A stretch of DNA of 58,513 nt from Elusimicrobiota bacterium (GCA_043819795.1 JBDREN010000090.1:1-58513); one strand, 5' to 3'. Positions 37,579-47,774 are shown, counted from the stretch's first letter. A program made the numbers and translations. The notes: generated from the sequence alone by a model not told the origin.

Positions 37579-38608
37579 CCCGCGCTTTCTGGCGTGCTGG
37601 GCTCTGGCCGGAGCGCTGGAGGCGCCGGTGTGCTCGCTGCTCCTGCGCGGCGAGCCGCTCGTCGGCTATCCGGTCCTGGCCCTGGGCCACGTCGCGGCCG
37701 CCGTCCTCGTATTCTTCGCGGTCCCGAAGGGAGCCGGCTGGCTGAGCCCCAAGAGGGGATGGGCCGAGCCGATGGCTCTTTGGACGCTGCTCATGCCCGG
37801 TTTCGGCTGGCTCTTCGCCGGAGTCCTCCGGTTCTCGTACGATTCTTCGGCCCAGCGGAAGGATTTCTCTCCCGAGGAGGACCTCCCGGCGTCCGAAGAT
37901 GAGGAGTTCCTCCGGGCGCTGGGCCTGGAGGGCGGGCGTCCCGGCGAGGAGCAGCGGCTCAGGGAGGCGTCGGAGATCATGCCCGCCACCGACATCCTTC
38001 TGGGCACCGACCCGACGCTCAAGCGCAGCGCGATCGAGACTCTGGCGAGGATCCGTACGCCCGAAGCCATCGGCTGGCTTCTGCAGGCGCGCACCGATCC
38101 GGCCCCCGAGGTGCGGTTCCACGCGACCTCGTCACTGACCTACCTGAAGCGGGACTACGAGCAGCGCATCCGGGCGGCCGAGCGGGAGGTCTTCGACAAG
38201 CCGGCCGACATCCGGCCGCAGCTGGCGCTGAGGCACATCACCTACGAATACGCCCTCAGCGGCCTGGTCGATCATGAGCGGCGGCGGGAGCTGCTGAAGG
38301 GATGCCGCGAGCCCCTGCTGGAGCTGGCCGAGCGCGAGGTCGAGGCCCTTCACCTTCTCGCCCGGATCGAGGCCGAGCTGGACCCCGAGCGGGCGCTCGT
38401 CCTCCTCGATCGGCTCGTCGAGCGGTCCCCGGAGGGGAAGGATCGCTGGCTGAGGGCGCAGGCGGCGCTGCTTTTCCGGTTGGGGCGGTACGACGAGGTG
38501 AAGAAGAGGATCGATGAGCTGAGGGCCGAGCCCGGAGGCGCGCCCGCGGTCGCGGCGCTGGAGGACGCCGAGTGGAAGTCGGTGCTCCTCTGGTGGGGCG
38601 AGGAATGA
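37550..38608 (+). CDS. pelE: PelE-like protein (TM + HEAT/TPR)
   Basis: TM helices with PGFG, DPAPEVRFHA HEAT motif, YALSGL; pel context. Confidence 0.75.
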   Translation: MRKREKTSGNPRFLACWALAGALEAPVCSLLLRGEPLVGYPVLALGHVAAAVLVFFAVPKGAGWLSPKRGWAEPMALWTLLMPGFGWLFAGVLRFSYDSSAQRKDFSPEEDLPASEDEEFLRALGLEGGRPGEEQRLREASEIMPATDILLGTDPTLKRSAIETLARIRTPEAIGWLLQARTDPAPEVRFHATSSLTYLKRDYEQRIRAAEREVFDKPADIRPQLALRHITYEYALSGLVDHERRRELLKGCREPLLELAEREVEALHLLARIEAELDPERALVLLDRLVERSPEGKDRWLRAQAALLFRLGRYDEVKKRIDELRAEPGGAPAVAALEDAEWKSVLLWWGEE

Positions 38609-40635
38609 GCATGTCGAGTCGGGCCATCGCTGACGTGATCCAGAGGTTCAAGTCTTTCGAGGAGATCGGCCGCTACGAGCTTTTCCTCGATCTCTATTAC
38701 TCCAGGCGCGAGGAGGACCGGGAACTCATCAAGCGGGTGCTCGCGGGCGACGACGCCATCGTCAAGATGATGTTCCTGCAGTACCTCGAGGAGATCCCCG
38801 CGCAGCGCGCCGTCTCCCTGTTCTTGCCCCTCTTGGAGGACGACAACGAGATCATCCGGGACGCCGCCATGCAGGCCTACAAGCGCAGCGTCTTCGCGCA
38901 GAAGAACAAGCTGCTGCGCCCTTACGTGGCGAGCCAGCGTCCCGGAGCGGCCTGCTTCGCGATCGGCGCCTTGGCCCGCCAGGGGGACAGGGACGTCCTT
39001 CCGGCTTTGCTGGGGCGGCTCCCGAACGCCCCACCCGAGGTCCAGCGCGAGATCCTGGAGGGGCTGCGGTATCTTCCGGACCCGCGATGCGTGCCGGCCC
39101 TGATCCCGTTCGCGGACTCCCGGGAGGAGGACGGCCGCTACCGGGCTATCCGGGCCCTGGCGGAAATGAAGTCCCGCGGCCACCCGGTGCGCGCCGCGAT
39201 ATTCCTGGACCGAGTGCAGGACGACTCGGCCAGGGTGCGGCGCGCGGCGCTCTTGGGGCTGCAGGCCTTTCCCTCCCAGAAGGTGGCGCGCGTCTTCCTC
39301 GAGAAGGCCCTGTCCGAGGACGAGCCCATGCCGAGCCGGCGGCGGGCGATCCAAGGCTTGGCCTCCTTCCCGGACCAGGAGTGGGTCGAGCCCCTCGTCA
39401 CGTTGATGTCGCGGGACCCGAGCGGGCCGCTGCGGCTGACGATCGAGATCGCTCTCAAGCGTTTCCCCGCGGACGTCCTCAAGCGGGGGCTTTTCGCCGT
39501 GCTGGACGGCGGCGATGCCGCCGTCCGCCAGCAGGCGGCGCTCATCGTGGCGGAGTTTCTGGGCGAGGATCCCGAGGTCCGCCGGCGGATCATGGAGTTC
39601 TGGGAGAAGGCCGAGGACATGCAGGCCAGGCTGGGGGCCATGGAGGTCCTCGGGGAGCTGGGCGGCACGGAGCTCATCCCGCTGCTCCTGTCGGTCCTCA
39701 AGGAGAACCAGGTGCTCGCCTACACGGCGATCGGGGTCCTGAACCGGCTGTGGACGGCGGAGAGCGGACCGCAGATACTCAAGCTTCTCAAGGAGCCCGA
39801 ACTCCCGCAGTTCGCCAAGCAGGCCCTCCTCAGCGCGATCCTCAGGCGCGGGCTCGACGATACGATGCGGCAGGATCTGCTGCCGTGGCTGCTGGAAGGC
39901 CTGGGCGACGAGGTCACGAACATCCGCTACCTCTCGCTGCAGATACTGGAGTGGTATCCCGTCGAGGCCTGGGTCCAGCCGGTCCTTAGGATGCTGTGCG
40001 GCGAGACAGACGATGAGGTGTGCCGCACGGCGTACCGGATCGTCACGAAGAAGGTCGGCGGCAACCCGGTGCCGATCATCGCGGCCGTGCGGGAGTACCC
40101 GGACCAGAAGGCCGTCCGGAATCATCTCGTGCAGATGCTCGGTTGGCGCAAGTGGGACCCCAAGCGCGTCTTCGACATGCTCTACGGCCTCATGCTCGAG
40201 CCGATCAATCTCCCCGTCAAGGACAGGCAGGCGTTTCTCGTTCTCTGCGTCCGGCTCCTTGAGTACGGCAGCATGACGCTCGAGCGGATCTGGCCGTTCG
40301 CGCCGTCCGATTCCCTCAAGCGCCTCCTCCTTGAGAAGATACGCGACGGCATGAAAGACCCGAAGCGTGTCTTTCCCCCCCTGCCGCTGGACTTTTTGGC
40401 CGGGCACTTCCGGGACGTGGACCCCGTCTCCCGAAGCCTGTTCTACGAGATCGTGGGGATGAGCCGCCAGGCGGAGGGGATCGGCCTGCTCACCGCCTGC
40501 CTGCTACGCGAGAGCGAGCCGGCCGCGCTGTCGGCCGGGCAGGAGGGCCTGCGCCGCCTCGTCCGGGAGGCGCCCCCTCCCTCCGAAGCGGAGCGGGCGA
40601 AGGTCGCGATGCCGGGGGGCGGCGTGCCGTCATGA
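38605..40635 (+). CDS. HEAT-repeat protein (676 aa)
   Basis: Repeated D...VRRAA/IRDAA/VRQQAA motifs; ATGA overlaps on both sides. Confidence 0.85.
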   Translation: MSMSSRAIADVIQRFKSFEEIGRYELFLDLYYSRREEDRELIKRVLAGDDAIVKMMFLQYLEEIPAQRAVSLFLPLLEDDNEIIRDAAMQAYKRSVFAQKNKLLRPYVASQRPGAACFAIGALARQGDRDVLPALLGRLPNAPPEVQREILEGLRYLPDPRCVPALIPFADSREEDGRYRAIRALAEMKSRGHPVRAAIFLDRVQDDSARVRRAALLGLQAFPSQKVARVFLEKALSEDEPMPSRRRAIQGLASFPDQEWVEPLVTLMSRDPSGPLRLTIEIALKRFPADVLKRGLFAVLDGGDAAVRQQAALIVAEFLGEDPEVRRRIMEFWEKAEDMQARLGAMEVLGELGGTELIPLLLSVLKENQVLAYTAIGVLNRLWTAESGPQILKLLKEPELPQFAKQALLSAILRRGLDDTMRQDLLPWLLEGLGDEVTNIRYLSLQILEWYPVEAWVQPVLRMLCGETDDEVCRTAYRIVTKKVGGNPVPIIAAVREYPDQKAVRNHLVQMLGWRKWDPKRVFDMLYGLMLEPINLPVKDRQAFLVLCVRLLEYGSMTLERIWPFAPSDSLKRLLLEKIRDGMKDPKRVFPPLPLDFLAGHFRDVDPVSRSLFYEIVGMSRQAEGIGLLTACLLRESEPAALSAGQEGLRRLVREAPPPSEAERAKVAMPGGGVPS

Positions 40636-42104
40636 TCGACGTCTGCCTGGTCCTGGAGGGGACCTATCCGTTCGTGTCCGGGGGCGTCTCGACCTGGATC
40701 CATCAGCTCGTCACGGCGATGACCGACATCCGCTTCTCGATCCTCTATATCTCCCCGTACCCGAACCCCCGGCGCGAGCTCAAGTACGCGGTCCCTCCCA
40801 ATGTCCTCGATATCCAGGACCTCTACCTCCACGAATACAGGATCGACGGCAGGCGCACCCCGCGGCCCCGGCGGCGCGAGCTCTTCCGGCGGCTGGCCGA
40901 GCTGCACGAGGGCCTGCTCGGCGGCCGCTGGGCCGCTTTCGAGGACGCGCTGCCGCTCATCCGCGATCCGGAGCGGGGCGTGACGATGTCGGACATATTC
41001 GAGTCTCAGGAGAGCTGGGAGGTCCTGGTCGCGGCCTACGAGAAGTACGGGCGCGCGGTCTCCTTCGTGGACTTCTTCTGGACCTGGCGGTCGATCTATC
41101 TTCCGCTCATGACCACGGTGACGGTGCCCATCCCCAAGGCGCGGCTCTATCACACGGTCTCGACGGGCTACGCCGGGCTGGTGGCCGCGATCGCCAGGAT
41201 CACGCAGAAGAAGGGCGTGCTCCTGACCGAGCACGGGGTCTACACGCACGAGCGCATGCTCGAGATCTCCCAGGCCTCGTGGATCTACTCGCCCCATGAG
41301 TCCCGCTTTCGCGTCCGGCGCGAGCTGCCGTTCTTCAAGCGGCTATGGGTCGGCCTGTTCAACACGTTGGGCAGCATCAGCTACCATTACTCCGACCGGA
41401 TCGTCACCCTGTACGAGGGAAACCGCACCAAGGAGATCCTCGCCGGGGCCGACCCCGAGCGGATCTCGATCATCCCCAACGGCATCGACCTCGATCGCTA
41501 CCGTGACATGAAGCGCGAGGAGCTTTCGAAGGACGGCCCGACGATCGCGTTCATCGGGCGGGTCGTGGCGATCAAGGACGTGAAGACGTATCTGCAGGCG
41601 GCGAAGATCGTGCTGGCTCAGCGGCCCTCGGCGCGGTTTTTGATCATGGGGCCGACCGACGAGGAGCCGGAGTACATGGCCGAGTGCCGCCAGCTCGTCG
41701 AGACGCTCGGGCTCCGCGACGGCGTCGAGTTCACCGGCAAGGTGGACGTCCTGGAATACCTCAAGCGGATCGACGTCGTGGTCCTCACCAGCCTCAGCGA
41801 GGCGCAGCCCTACGTCATCCTCGAGGCCAACGCCGCCGGGGTGCCGGTCGTGGCCACCGACGTGGGAGCCTGCCGCGAGATGGTCGAGGGGCGGCTGCGC
41901 GAGGATCGCCGGATCGGGCCGAGCGGGATCGTCACCGAGGTCTCCAACGCGGAGCAGACGGCCGAAGCGATCCTGCGCCTGACGACCGAGACGCGGCTGT
42001 GGAAGGAGTGCTCCGAGGCCGGCCGCAGGCGGACCTTTCAGTTCTACGATCAGAACGACCTGATCAGCCAGTATTTGAATCTGTACGAGCAGAACATGGG
42101 GTGA
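40632..42104 (+). CDS. pelF: GT4 glycosyltransferase PelF
   Basis: DVCLVLEGTYPFVSGGVSTW, HTVSTGYAG, LTEHGVY, GRVVAIKDVKT, SEAQP. Confidence 0.95.
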   Translation: MIDVCLVLEGTYPFVSGGVSTWIHQLVTAMTDIRFSILYISPYPNPRRELKYAVPPNVLDIQDLYLHEYRIDGRRTPRPRRRELFRRLAELHEGLLGGRWAAFEDALPLIRDPERGVTMSDIFESQESWEVLVAAYEKYGRAVSFVDFFWTWRSIYLPLMTTVTVPIPKARLYHTVSTGYAGLVAAIARITQKKGVLLTEHGVYTHERMLEISQASWIYSPHESRFRVRRELPFFKRLWVGLFNTLGSISYHYSDRIVTLYEGNRTKEILAGADPERISIIPNGIDLDRYRDMKREELSKDGPTIAFIGRVVAIKDVKTYLQAAKIVLAQRPSARFLIMGPTDEEPEYMAECRQLVETLGLRDGVEFTGKVDVLEYLKRIDVVVLTSLSEAQPYVILEANAAGVPVVATDVGACREMVEGRLREDRRIGPSGIVTEVSNAEQTAEAILRLTTETRLWKECSEAGRRRTFQFYDQNDLISQYLNLYEQNMG

Positions 42105-42108
42105 AGTA

Positions 42109-42141
42109 CTCGGGCGGACCGGGAAACCCGGTCCGCCCGAG
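42109..42141. other. Perfect 15-bp hairpin just after the pelF stop
   Basis: CTCGGGCGGACCGGG-AAA-CCCGGTCCGCCCGAG; no U-tract. Confidence 0.7.
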
Positions 42142-42254
42142 CGACCCTAGAGGCCGGTGATATCGGGGGCCGTTCGGAGGGCAAGCAGAGCGGGAGCGGG
42201 CGGATGACGGACGGCGCAGAAACGGACGACATGCCTGATAGAAGACAAGGAGGG

Positions 42255-42285
42255 CTCATATCGAGCGCGCAGCGCTCGATATGAG
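42255..42285 (+). promoter_or_regulatory. Perfect 14-bp hairpin overlapping the pelG ribosome-binding region
   Basis: CTCATATCGAGCGC-GCA-GCGCTCGATATGAG, 6 nt before ATG 42292. Confidence 0.55.
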
Positions 42286-42291
42286 GGCGCC

Positions 42292-43689
42292 ATGGCAGGC
42301 ATAGGGTTCCGGCTCCAGAAGATCCTCGAGGAGGACACCTACACCAGCAGCCTTCGGGCCTACGCCTACTCGGCTTTGATCGCGGCCGGGCCTTTCCTGA
42401 TGACGATCCTCGTGGTATCCCTCATCCACCTGGTGTCGATCGAGAACCTGACGCTGAGCCAGATGTGGTACCTGAAGGGCCTGATCACCTACGGCTTCGC
42501 GCTCTCGCTTCTCACCGTCGGGGGCAGCTACCTCGTCGTCACCCGCTACGTCGCGGACGAGTACTACCGCGGGCATGTGGGCAGCTTCGCGGCCGTCTTC
42601 TTCTCGACGGTGTTCCTCAACGCCCTCCTCTGGGGTCCTTTCGTGCTCTGGTTCTTCTCGCGCCTGTCGGCGTCGCCGATGGTCCGGCTCTACGCGCTGC
42701 TGCTCTACCTCGTGGCCGCGGCGATATGGCTCGCGCTCGTCTTCCTGTCTGCCGCGCGCGACTACATGAGGATCTCCCGGGTATTCCTGATCGGCGCCGC
42801 GTTCAGCTTCACGGCGGCGTATCTGTGGGGAAGCGTCCGGGGCCTGGAGGGATACCTCGGCGGCTTCGTCTGCGGGCAGGGCGTCATCCTCGTGTTGCTG
42901 GCCAACGCGATCCTCGATGAGTTCGGCTACAGCGAGCCGCGCGACTACTACTGGCTCGGCCACTTCAAGAAGTAGCCGTATCTGATCGGGATCGGCTTCT
43001 TCTACAACCTCGGCATCTGGGTCGACAAGTTCCTGTTCTGGGCCTCCCCGGCCGGCGAGAGCATCGATGTGGGGTTCCGGCACTGCCCGGTCTACGACGC
43101 CCCGATGTTCTTCGCCTACCTGACGATCCTGCCCTCGCTCGCCTACTTCCTGATCCGGATGGAGACCGACTTCTTCCAGAAGTACCACGCCTACTACCAG
43201 GCCATCCAGCATCAGGAGACCCTGGACCGGCTGGAGAGGCGCCGCCAGGACATCCTCCGCTCGCTGGCGGACAACCTGAAACGGCTCGTCGTCATCCAGG
43301 GCATCGTCAGCGGCTTGGCGCTTCTGGCCGTGCCGTGGCTCGTCGAGGCGGCGGGCATGGACCCGCTCCAGATGGGCATACTGCGGATCGGGATATTCGC
43401 TTCGTTCCTGCAGGCCGGGTTCCTGATCGCCTTGAACCTCCTGCTTTACTTCGACTTCCAGAAAGAGGCCCTGATGACGACCGCGACGTTCTGCGCGGGC
43501 AACGCCCTGCTGACCGCGCTCAGCCTCCGCTTCGGCCTGCCGGCCTTCGGCTACGGCTATTCGCTCGCGTGCTTCCTGGCTCTGGTCCTGGCGCTTGCCC
43601 TGCTCAACGAGCGGCTCCGGTTGCTCCACTTCTGGACGTTCATGCGCCAGCCCATACCCACACCGGTCGTCGTCCCCGAAGAGGCCTGA
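42292..43689 (+). pseudogene. pelG: Pel transporter PelG interrupted by an in-frame TAG at 42973-42975
   Basis: MAGIGFRLQK N-terminus; the frame continues past the stop as PYLIGIGFFYNLGIWVDKF...YDAPMF...METDF...LLYFD; 465 codons in total. Confidence 0.9.
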
Positions 43690-43700
43690 GCGGGCGGACC

Positions 43701-45347
43701 GTGCGATCCCCGGACGATACCCCCGAGTCCTCGCCTCCCCGCGGGCCGAAGCGGGACCCCGCCGTTCACGTCGCGGTCGGCTGCCTGTTGGCTCTGGCGG
43801 GCGCCTTGTTCTTCGCGAGGGCATGGTGGTTCGTCACGGCCAACTCCCTTCCCATGGACGACCAAGGAGTGGACCTCGCCCTTTCGGTGCAGTTGCGCGA
43901 GTCGGGGGGCTGGGCCGGTTTCTTGTCCGGCTGCGTGCGCGGGAGCTATCGGGAGGCCAACCGCCATCCCCTGCTGCCGCTATTGCTGAGCCCTTGGGCC
44001 TCGCGCGATCCCGTGTTCTTCGATCGCGCCCGCGCGGCCGGGATGATCATGGCGCTGCTGTCGTGGGGCCTGCTGTTCTGGACGCTGGCGCGCCTGGAGG
44101 GGAAGTCCACCTCGCTGGCCGCCCTCGCGTGGATGGCCGTGATCCCGTCGACCGCCCGGTACGCCGGCCTGGTCGGACCGGAATCGCTGCTGGCCGCGGC
44201 CACCGCCGCCGGATGGCTCCTGCTTCGTTCCCGTCGGCCGGCCGCGGGCTATGCCGCGGGCGTCTGCCTGGGGTTGGGTTTCATGCTCAAGGCGACGGGG
44301 CTTCTCTTCGCGGTCGCCTGCCTCCTCGGAGCCTGGCTGGGGGGGCAGTCGAAAAGGCAGCTTCTCCGGACCGCGACAGGATTCTTGTTGGTGGCCAGCC
44401 CGCTGATCATCCGCAACTTAGTCGTGTTTCATCTTCCTTTCTACAACGTCAACCAGCATGTGTTGTGGCTGGATACCTGGTGGGACTACTGGCCTCGAGA
44501 ATGGGCCGGCACGGTGGAGTCGGTGGGCGTCGCGGAATACGCGTCCGGCCATACCGTGTATCAAGCCCTATTGAGATGGCTCAAGGGTCTCGCGGCCGTC
44601 GGGGGCGTATTCGCGCATATCTGGTCCCCGCGGGGTCTGCTCGGGGCCGCGCTTTTCCTGCCGCTGGCCGCCTGGGGCCTCTGGAATGATGCCCATGCCG
44701 CCCGTCGACGAGCGGCGACAGCCCTTTTGCTGGCGTGTTGGGCGGCGTTCGGGTGGTACGCTCCGGTGGTCCTATCGGACCGCTTTCTCTATCCGCTGCT
44801 TCCCATCGCGGCGTATTATGCCGGCCAAGCCACGCTTCGGTTGTGGGAAAGAATATCGGGGCGCGCCCAAAGTCGGGGTGCGATCGCGGCGGCGTGCTTG
44901 ACGGCTCTCTTGCTGTGGAACGCCGCGGCTCGGGACAGGGCCAAGCCGGCGTGGGACCTACACAGCCGGGGATTCAGGGAAGCCCTGCGTTGGATGGACG
45001 GCCGGTTTCAAGACCGTACGAAAGTGGTGATGGATACGGACGATTTCCTCACATGGATGCTGCGATCCTCTCCGAAGAAGGCCTGCCTCCCGGTCCCTCC
45101 CGTTGAGCTGTGGCGGTTCGCCGAGTGGGGGAAGGCGGAGTACGTGGTCTTGTTCCACGGATCGGCCCGCCCGGTCGGCTTGGATTATCGGAGTGCCTTC
45201 GGCAACGAGGTCGCCACCGTGTTCTCCCGGATCCCGCCATCCGCCTCCAGGCCGGAAGGCGCGGCCTCGTCGGACATGACCCGCGACGAGCCGGTTCCCG
45301 CCGACGAAGGCCACGTGCTCTACACGACCGGCCCAACACCCCGCTGA
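43701..45347 (+). CDS. GT-C fold membrane glycosyltransferase (ArnT/PMT-like)
   Basis: First TM followed by a DD motif and RHPLLPLL, LKATG, PLIIRN, RFLYPLLP; multiple TMs. Confidence 0.75.
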   Translation: MRSPDDTPESSPPRGPKRDPAVHVAVGCLLALAGALFFARAWWFVTANSLPMDDQGVDLALSVQLRESGGWAGFLSGCVRGSYREANRHPLLPLLLSPWASRDPVFFDRARAAGMIMALLSWGLLFWTLARLEGKSTSLAALAWMAVIPSTARYAGLVGPESLLAAATAAGWLLLRSRRPAAGYAAGVCLGLGFMLKATGLLFAVACLLGAWLGGQSKRQLLRTATGFLLVASPLIIRNLVVFHLPFYNVNQHVLWLDTWWDYWPREWAGTVESVGVAEYASGHTVYQALLRWLKGLAAVGGVFAHIWSPRGLLGAALFLPLAAWGLWNDAHAARRRAATALLLACWAAFGWYAPVVLSDRFLYPLLPIAAYYAGQATLRLWERISGRAQSRGAIAAACLTALLLWNAAARDRAKPAWDLHSRGFREALRWMDGRFQDRTKVVMDTDDFLTWMLRSSPKKACLPVPPVELWRFAEWGKAEYVVLFHGSARPVGLDYRSAFGNEVATVFSRIPPSASRPEGAASSDMTRDEPVPADEGHVLYTTGPTPR

Positions 45348-45401
45348 GGCTGGCGGCGGGCCGAAGGCGTCCCTCCTACTCAGGGATTTGAGGAAAGTTC
45401 T

Positions 45402-45739
45402 GGCGTCAGGCTGAAACTTCAGGACTCCTGACATGAAGAAAAAGTCGGCGCATCATCGGAGAGGGAGATATCCACAGAAACAACAGCACGTTCCTCCGTT
45501 GACCTTTTTGACCGCAGATCATGTTGCATCAATTATGACGCACTCTCGACGGAGACCGGCCATTTTCTCGACGACGTCTGCTCGACATGTCAGGAGTCCT
45601 GAACTTATGAAACTTATGGCGCCGCGGGCCAATCCGCATCGTGCCGGCGGCAGGGCCGGAGGGCTTTCGATACGAACGCATGACCGCCTCATGGCACGCC
45701 TGCCCATTCTAAAAGTTTCATAAGTTTCAGCCTGACGCC
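45402..45739. mobile_element. RAYT-type MITE copy 1 (left end interrupted by a nested MITE)
   Basis: TIR GGCGTCAGGCTGAAACTTATGAAACTT / AAGTTTCATAAGTTTCAGCCTGACGCC; near-identical to 47775-47925. Confidence 0.85.
45420..45601. mobile_element. 182-bp non-autonomous DDE-type MITE nested in a MITE end
   Basis: 16-bp perfect TIR CAGGACTCCTGACATG; 5-bp target duplication AACTT (45415-45419, 45602-45606). Confidence 0.85.
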
Positions 45740-45794
45740 AAGACCATCAGCCGGCTGACGGAACAGGCGTCGGCAAGCATCAAATAGGCAGTCC

Positions 45795-45823
45795 TTGACA
45801 GGACAAGTGCCGCCGCCTAAACT
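45795..45823 (+). promoter_or_regulatory. Sigma70-type promoter for the TPR/immunity pair
   Basis: TTGACA-17 nt-TAAACT. Confidence 0.65.
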
Positions 45824-45930
45824 AAGTGTGCCCTCATTGGCCGTCCCGTTCCGGAAGCCGGGCGGCCGGGAAAGGAACGCTGGAAAGTACGCAGCTTTCG
45901 CATACAGTTCGCGTGCGCCTCGGACTGGCG

Positions 45931-47241
45931 ATGGGGGTATCCCTGTCCCTCTGCGCGGTGCTGGCCTTCGGCCAGAGCCCGGCAAGGGGCTCCCCGCGTT
46001 CCGCGCCGGGAACAAACAGGCAGTTCGAAAGCCGGCTCCGCAACATCGAGCGGCGTCTCGGTCCGGTCCGGGCCGATTCCCGCAAGATGATCGAAGGCCT
46101 GCGCGCGAAAATGGAGGGCTTCAGCCCCCAAGAGCGCTACGACGTCCAGCGGGACTACCTGGACGCCCTGGAGGCGGCCGACAAAATCCGCGCCGCGCGC
46201 CGCCAAGGCGACAAGGCTCAATCCAGGCAACTCGCCCGCCAAATGCGAGGCCATCTACGGACCCTCCAGAGCCGGTTCGGAGCCGCCGGCGGGGACATGG
46301 TGGCGCTCAGCCTGCAGAGCGAAGCGGACCACAGCCGGCGAAGCGCCCAGATCGACCAGAGCCAGTTCGATTTCGCCCGAGAAGCCGCCCAGGCCTTCCC
46401 GGAGCACGCCGGCGTCCAGCGGGGCCTAGCGGACCTCCTCCTCCGCACACGCGATCCGGAAGGCGCGATCAGCGCCTACGCAAGGTCCGCCCAGCTCGAC
46501 CCCAAGAACGCGCAAGCCTTCGTCGGCATGGCCGACGCCCGCTATCAGATGAAGGACTATGAGGGGGCTTACCGGGATGCACGACAAGCATTGGAACTAG
46601 ACCCCACCGATATTGCCGCCAAGACCGTCGTGAAGCTTGTTAGGGCAGCCGGCAACTTCAGCGGAGCAATAGTATCGCCGACCGCAGACTTGCAAGGGCA
46701 CTTTGCTTCTAGATCTGTATCACGCGCATCCGGGGATACTGATGCCAAGCAGACGCCTCTCCCCGAGAAGGGACTTATTATCGCTGCGCCGCCCATGCCA
46801 ACTAAGACGACATTTTCCGGGCTTCAACCTTCGGAAGAACATTCTGAGCCGGGAGTATTGCGGCAGGCGTACAGTTGGGTGCGGTTGGCAGCAAAGGATT
46901 CCGAGGGATTTGCACTGTCGGCTGCTGATGAAACGCTCGGCATCAAACCGTCCGAAAGGCAGGTCGCGAAGGCCGGTGCTAAGACGGGAAAGGCGGTGGG
47001 CTTTGCGGCAGGCTCGATCGGAAGTGCATACGTTGGAGGGACCTCCTTTTGCACTGCAGGCGTCGTTCTCGGAATGTATTGGCCCTGTGTAGCTGCAGCC
47101 TTCGGAGGAGGCGGTCAGGTTGGAGCTCCGCTGGGAGCCTATGCCGGAGCCTCAGGCAGCGTCGTATGGAATAGGTTTTGGGATCGGGTTGATGAAATAT
47201 TTGTAGACAATGTTGGAATCCCATTTAGCAAAGGTGAATAG
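45931..47241 (+). CDS. Secreted TPR protein with a glycine-rich hydrophobic C-terminal domain (candidate toxin); start uncertain
   Basis: Signal-like N-terminus, three TPRs, linker, then GKAVGFAAGSIGSAYVGG...GGGGQVGAPLGAYAGASG glycine zipper. Confidence 0.75.
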   Translation: MGVSLSLCAVLAFGQSPARGSPRSAPGTNRQFESRLRNIERRLGPVRADSRKMIEGLRAKMEGFSPQERYDVQRDYLDALEAADKIRAARRQGDKAQSRQLARQMRGHLRTLQSRFGAAGGDMVALSLQSEADHSRRSAQIDQSQFDFAREAAQAFPEHAGVQRGLADLLLRTRDPEGAISAYARSAQLDPKNAQAFVGMADARYQMKDYEGAYRDARQALELDPTDIAAKTVVKLVRAAGNFSGAIVSPTADLQGHFASRSVSRASGDTDAKQTPLPEKGLIIAAPPMPTKTTFSGLQPSEEHSEPGVLRQAYSWVRLAAKDSEGFALSAADETLGIKPSERQVAKAGAKTGKAVGFAAGSIGSAYVGGTSFCTAGVVLGMYWPCVAAAFGGGGQVGAPLGAYAGASGSVVWNRFWDRVDEIFVDNVGIPFSKGE

Positions 47242-47242
47242 A

Positions 47243-47722
47243 ATGTCCCAAGAAGAGGAGCGGAGGATTCTTTCGGCCTATTATTTCCTCTCCTGGATTT
47301 TCGTGGGCGTCGGCATTTTTACCTTGATGCCGTACATCTCGTTCATTGTCGCCGGATTTCTTGTCCGGCACTCACAGGCTGAAATCGCGTGGATCGCTTC
47401 GGCCGCCAAACTGTCTATGGCTGTCGGACAACTTTTGGTGGCGCTCCCTATTTTCACATTGCCGATTGCAGCGATGTGGCTTCGCTATTCAACCGGGAGC
47501 CGGACAGTTTCCCGGAGGGTCTTTATGGGAGGGCTTATCCGGTACGCACCCGTCGCTATGGGGACCTTACTTCAGTATGTCCTAATGATTAAGGCGGATC
47601 CATTCTTGATGCCAGCTGGTTTTGGAATGTTGGTATTAATCTACGGTGTCTGGCTCCTAACAAAATCAAGCATGCATGCATTGCCTGTGGATAGTGATGC
47701 GCGTGGGGCCGATGAAGACTAG
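47243..47722 (+). CDS. Four-TM small membrane protein (candidate immunity protein)
   Basis: ATG separated by 1 nt from the upstream stop; 159 aa, four hydrophobic helices, lower GC. Confidence 0.65.
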   Translation: MSQEEERRILSAYYFLSWIFVGVGIFTLMPYISFIVAGFLVRHSQAEIAWIASAAKLSMAVGQLLVALPIFTLPIAAMWLRYSTGSRTVSRRVFMGGLIRYAPVAMGTLLQYVLMIKADPFLMPAGFGMLVLIYGVWLLTKSSMHALPVDSDARGADED

Positions 47723-47774
47723 CGGATGCTCCCTCTGCTTCGACAGGCGGGCGCAGACTTGAAAGGCGGGTTCT

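Noticed and set aside
42973..42975. Genome-wide TAG reassignment
   Set aside because: rfbC, clpP, the HEPN genes and the kinase end in TAG at the expected C-termini.
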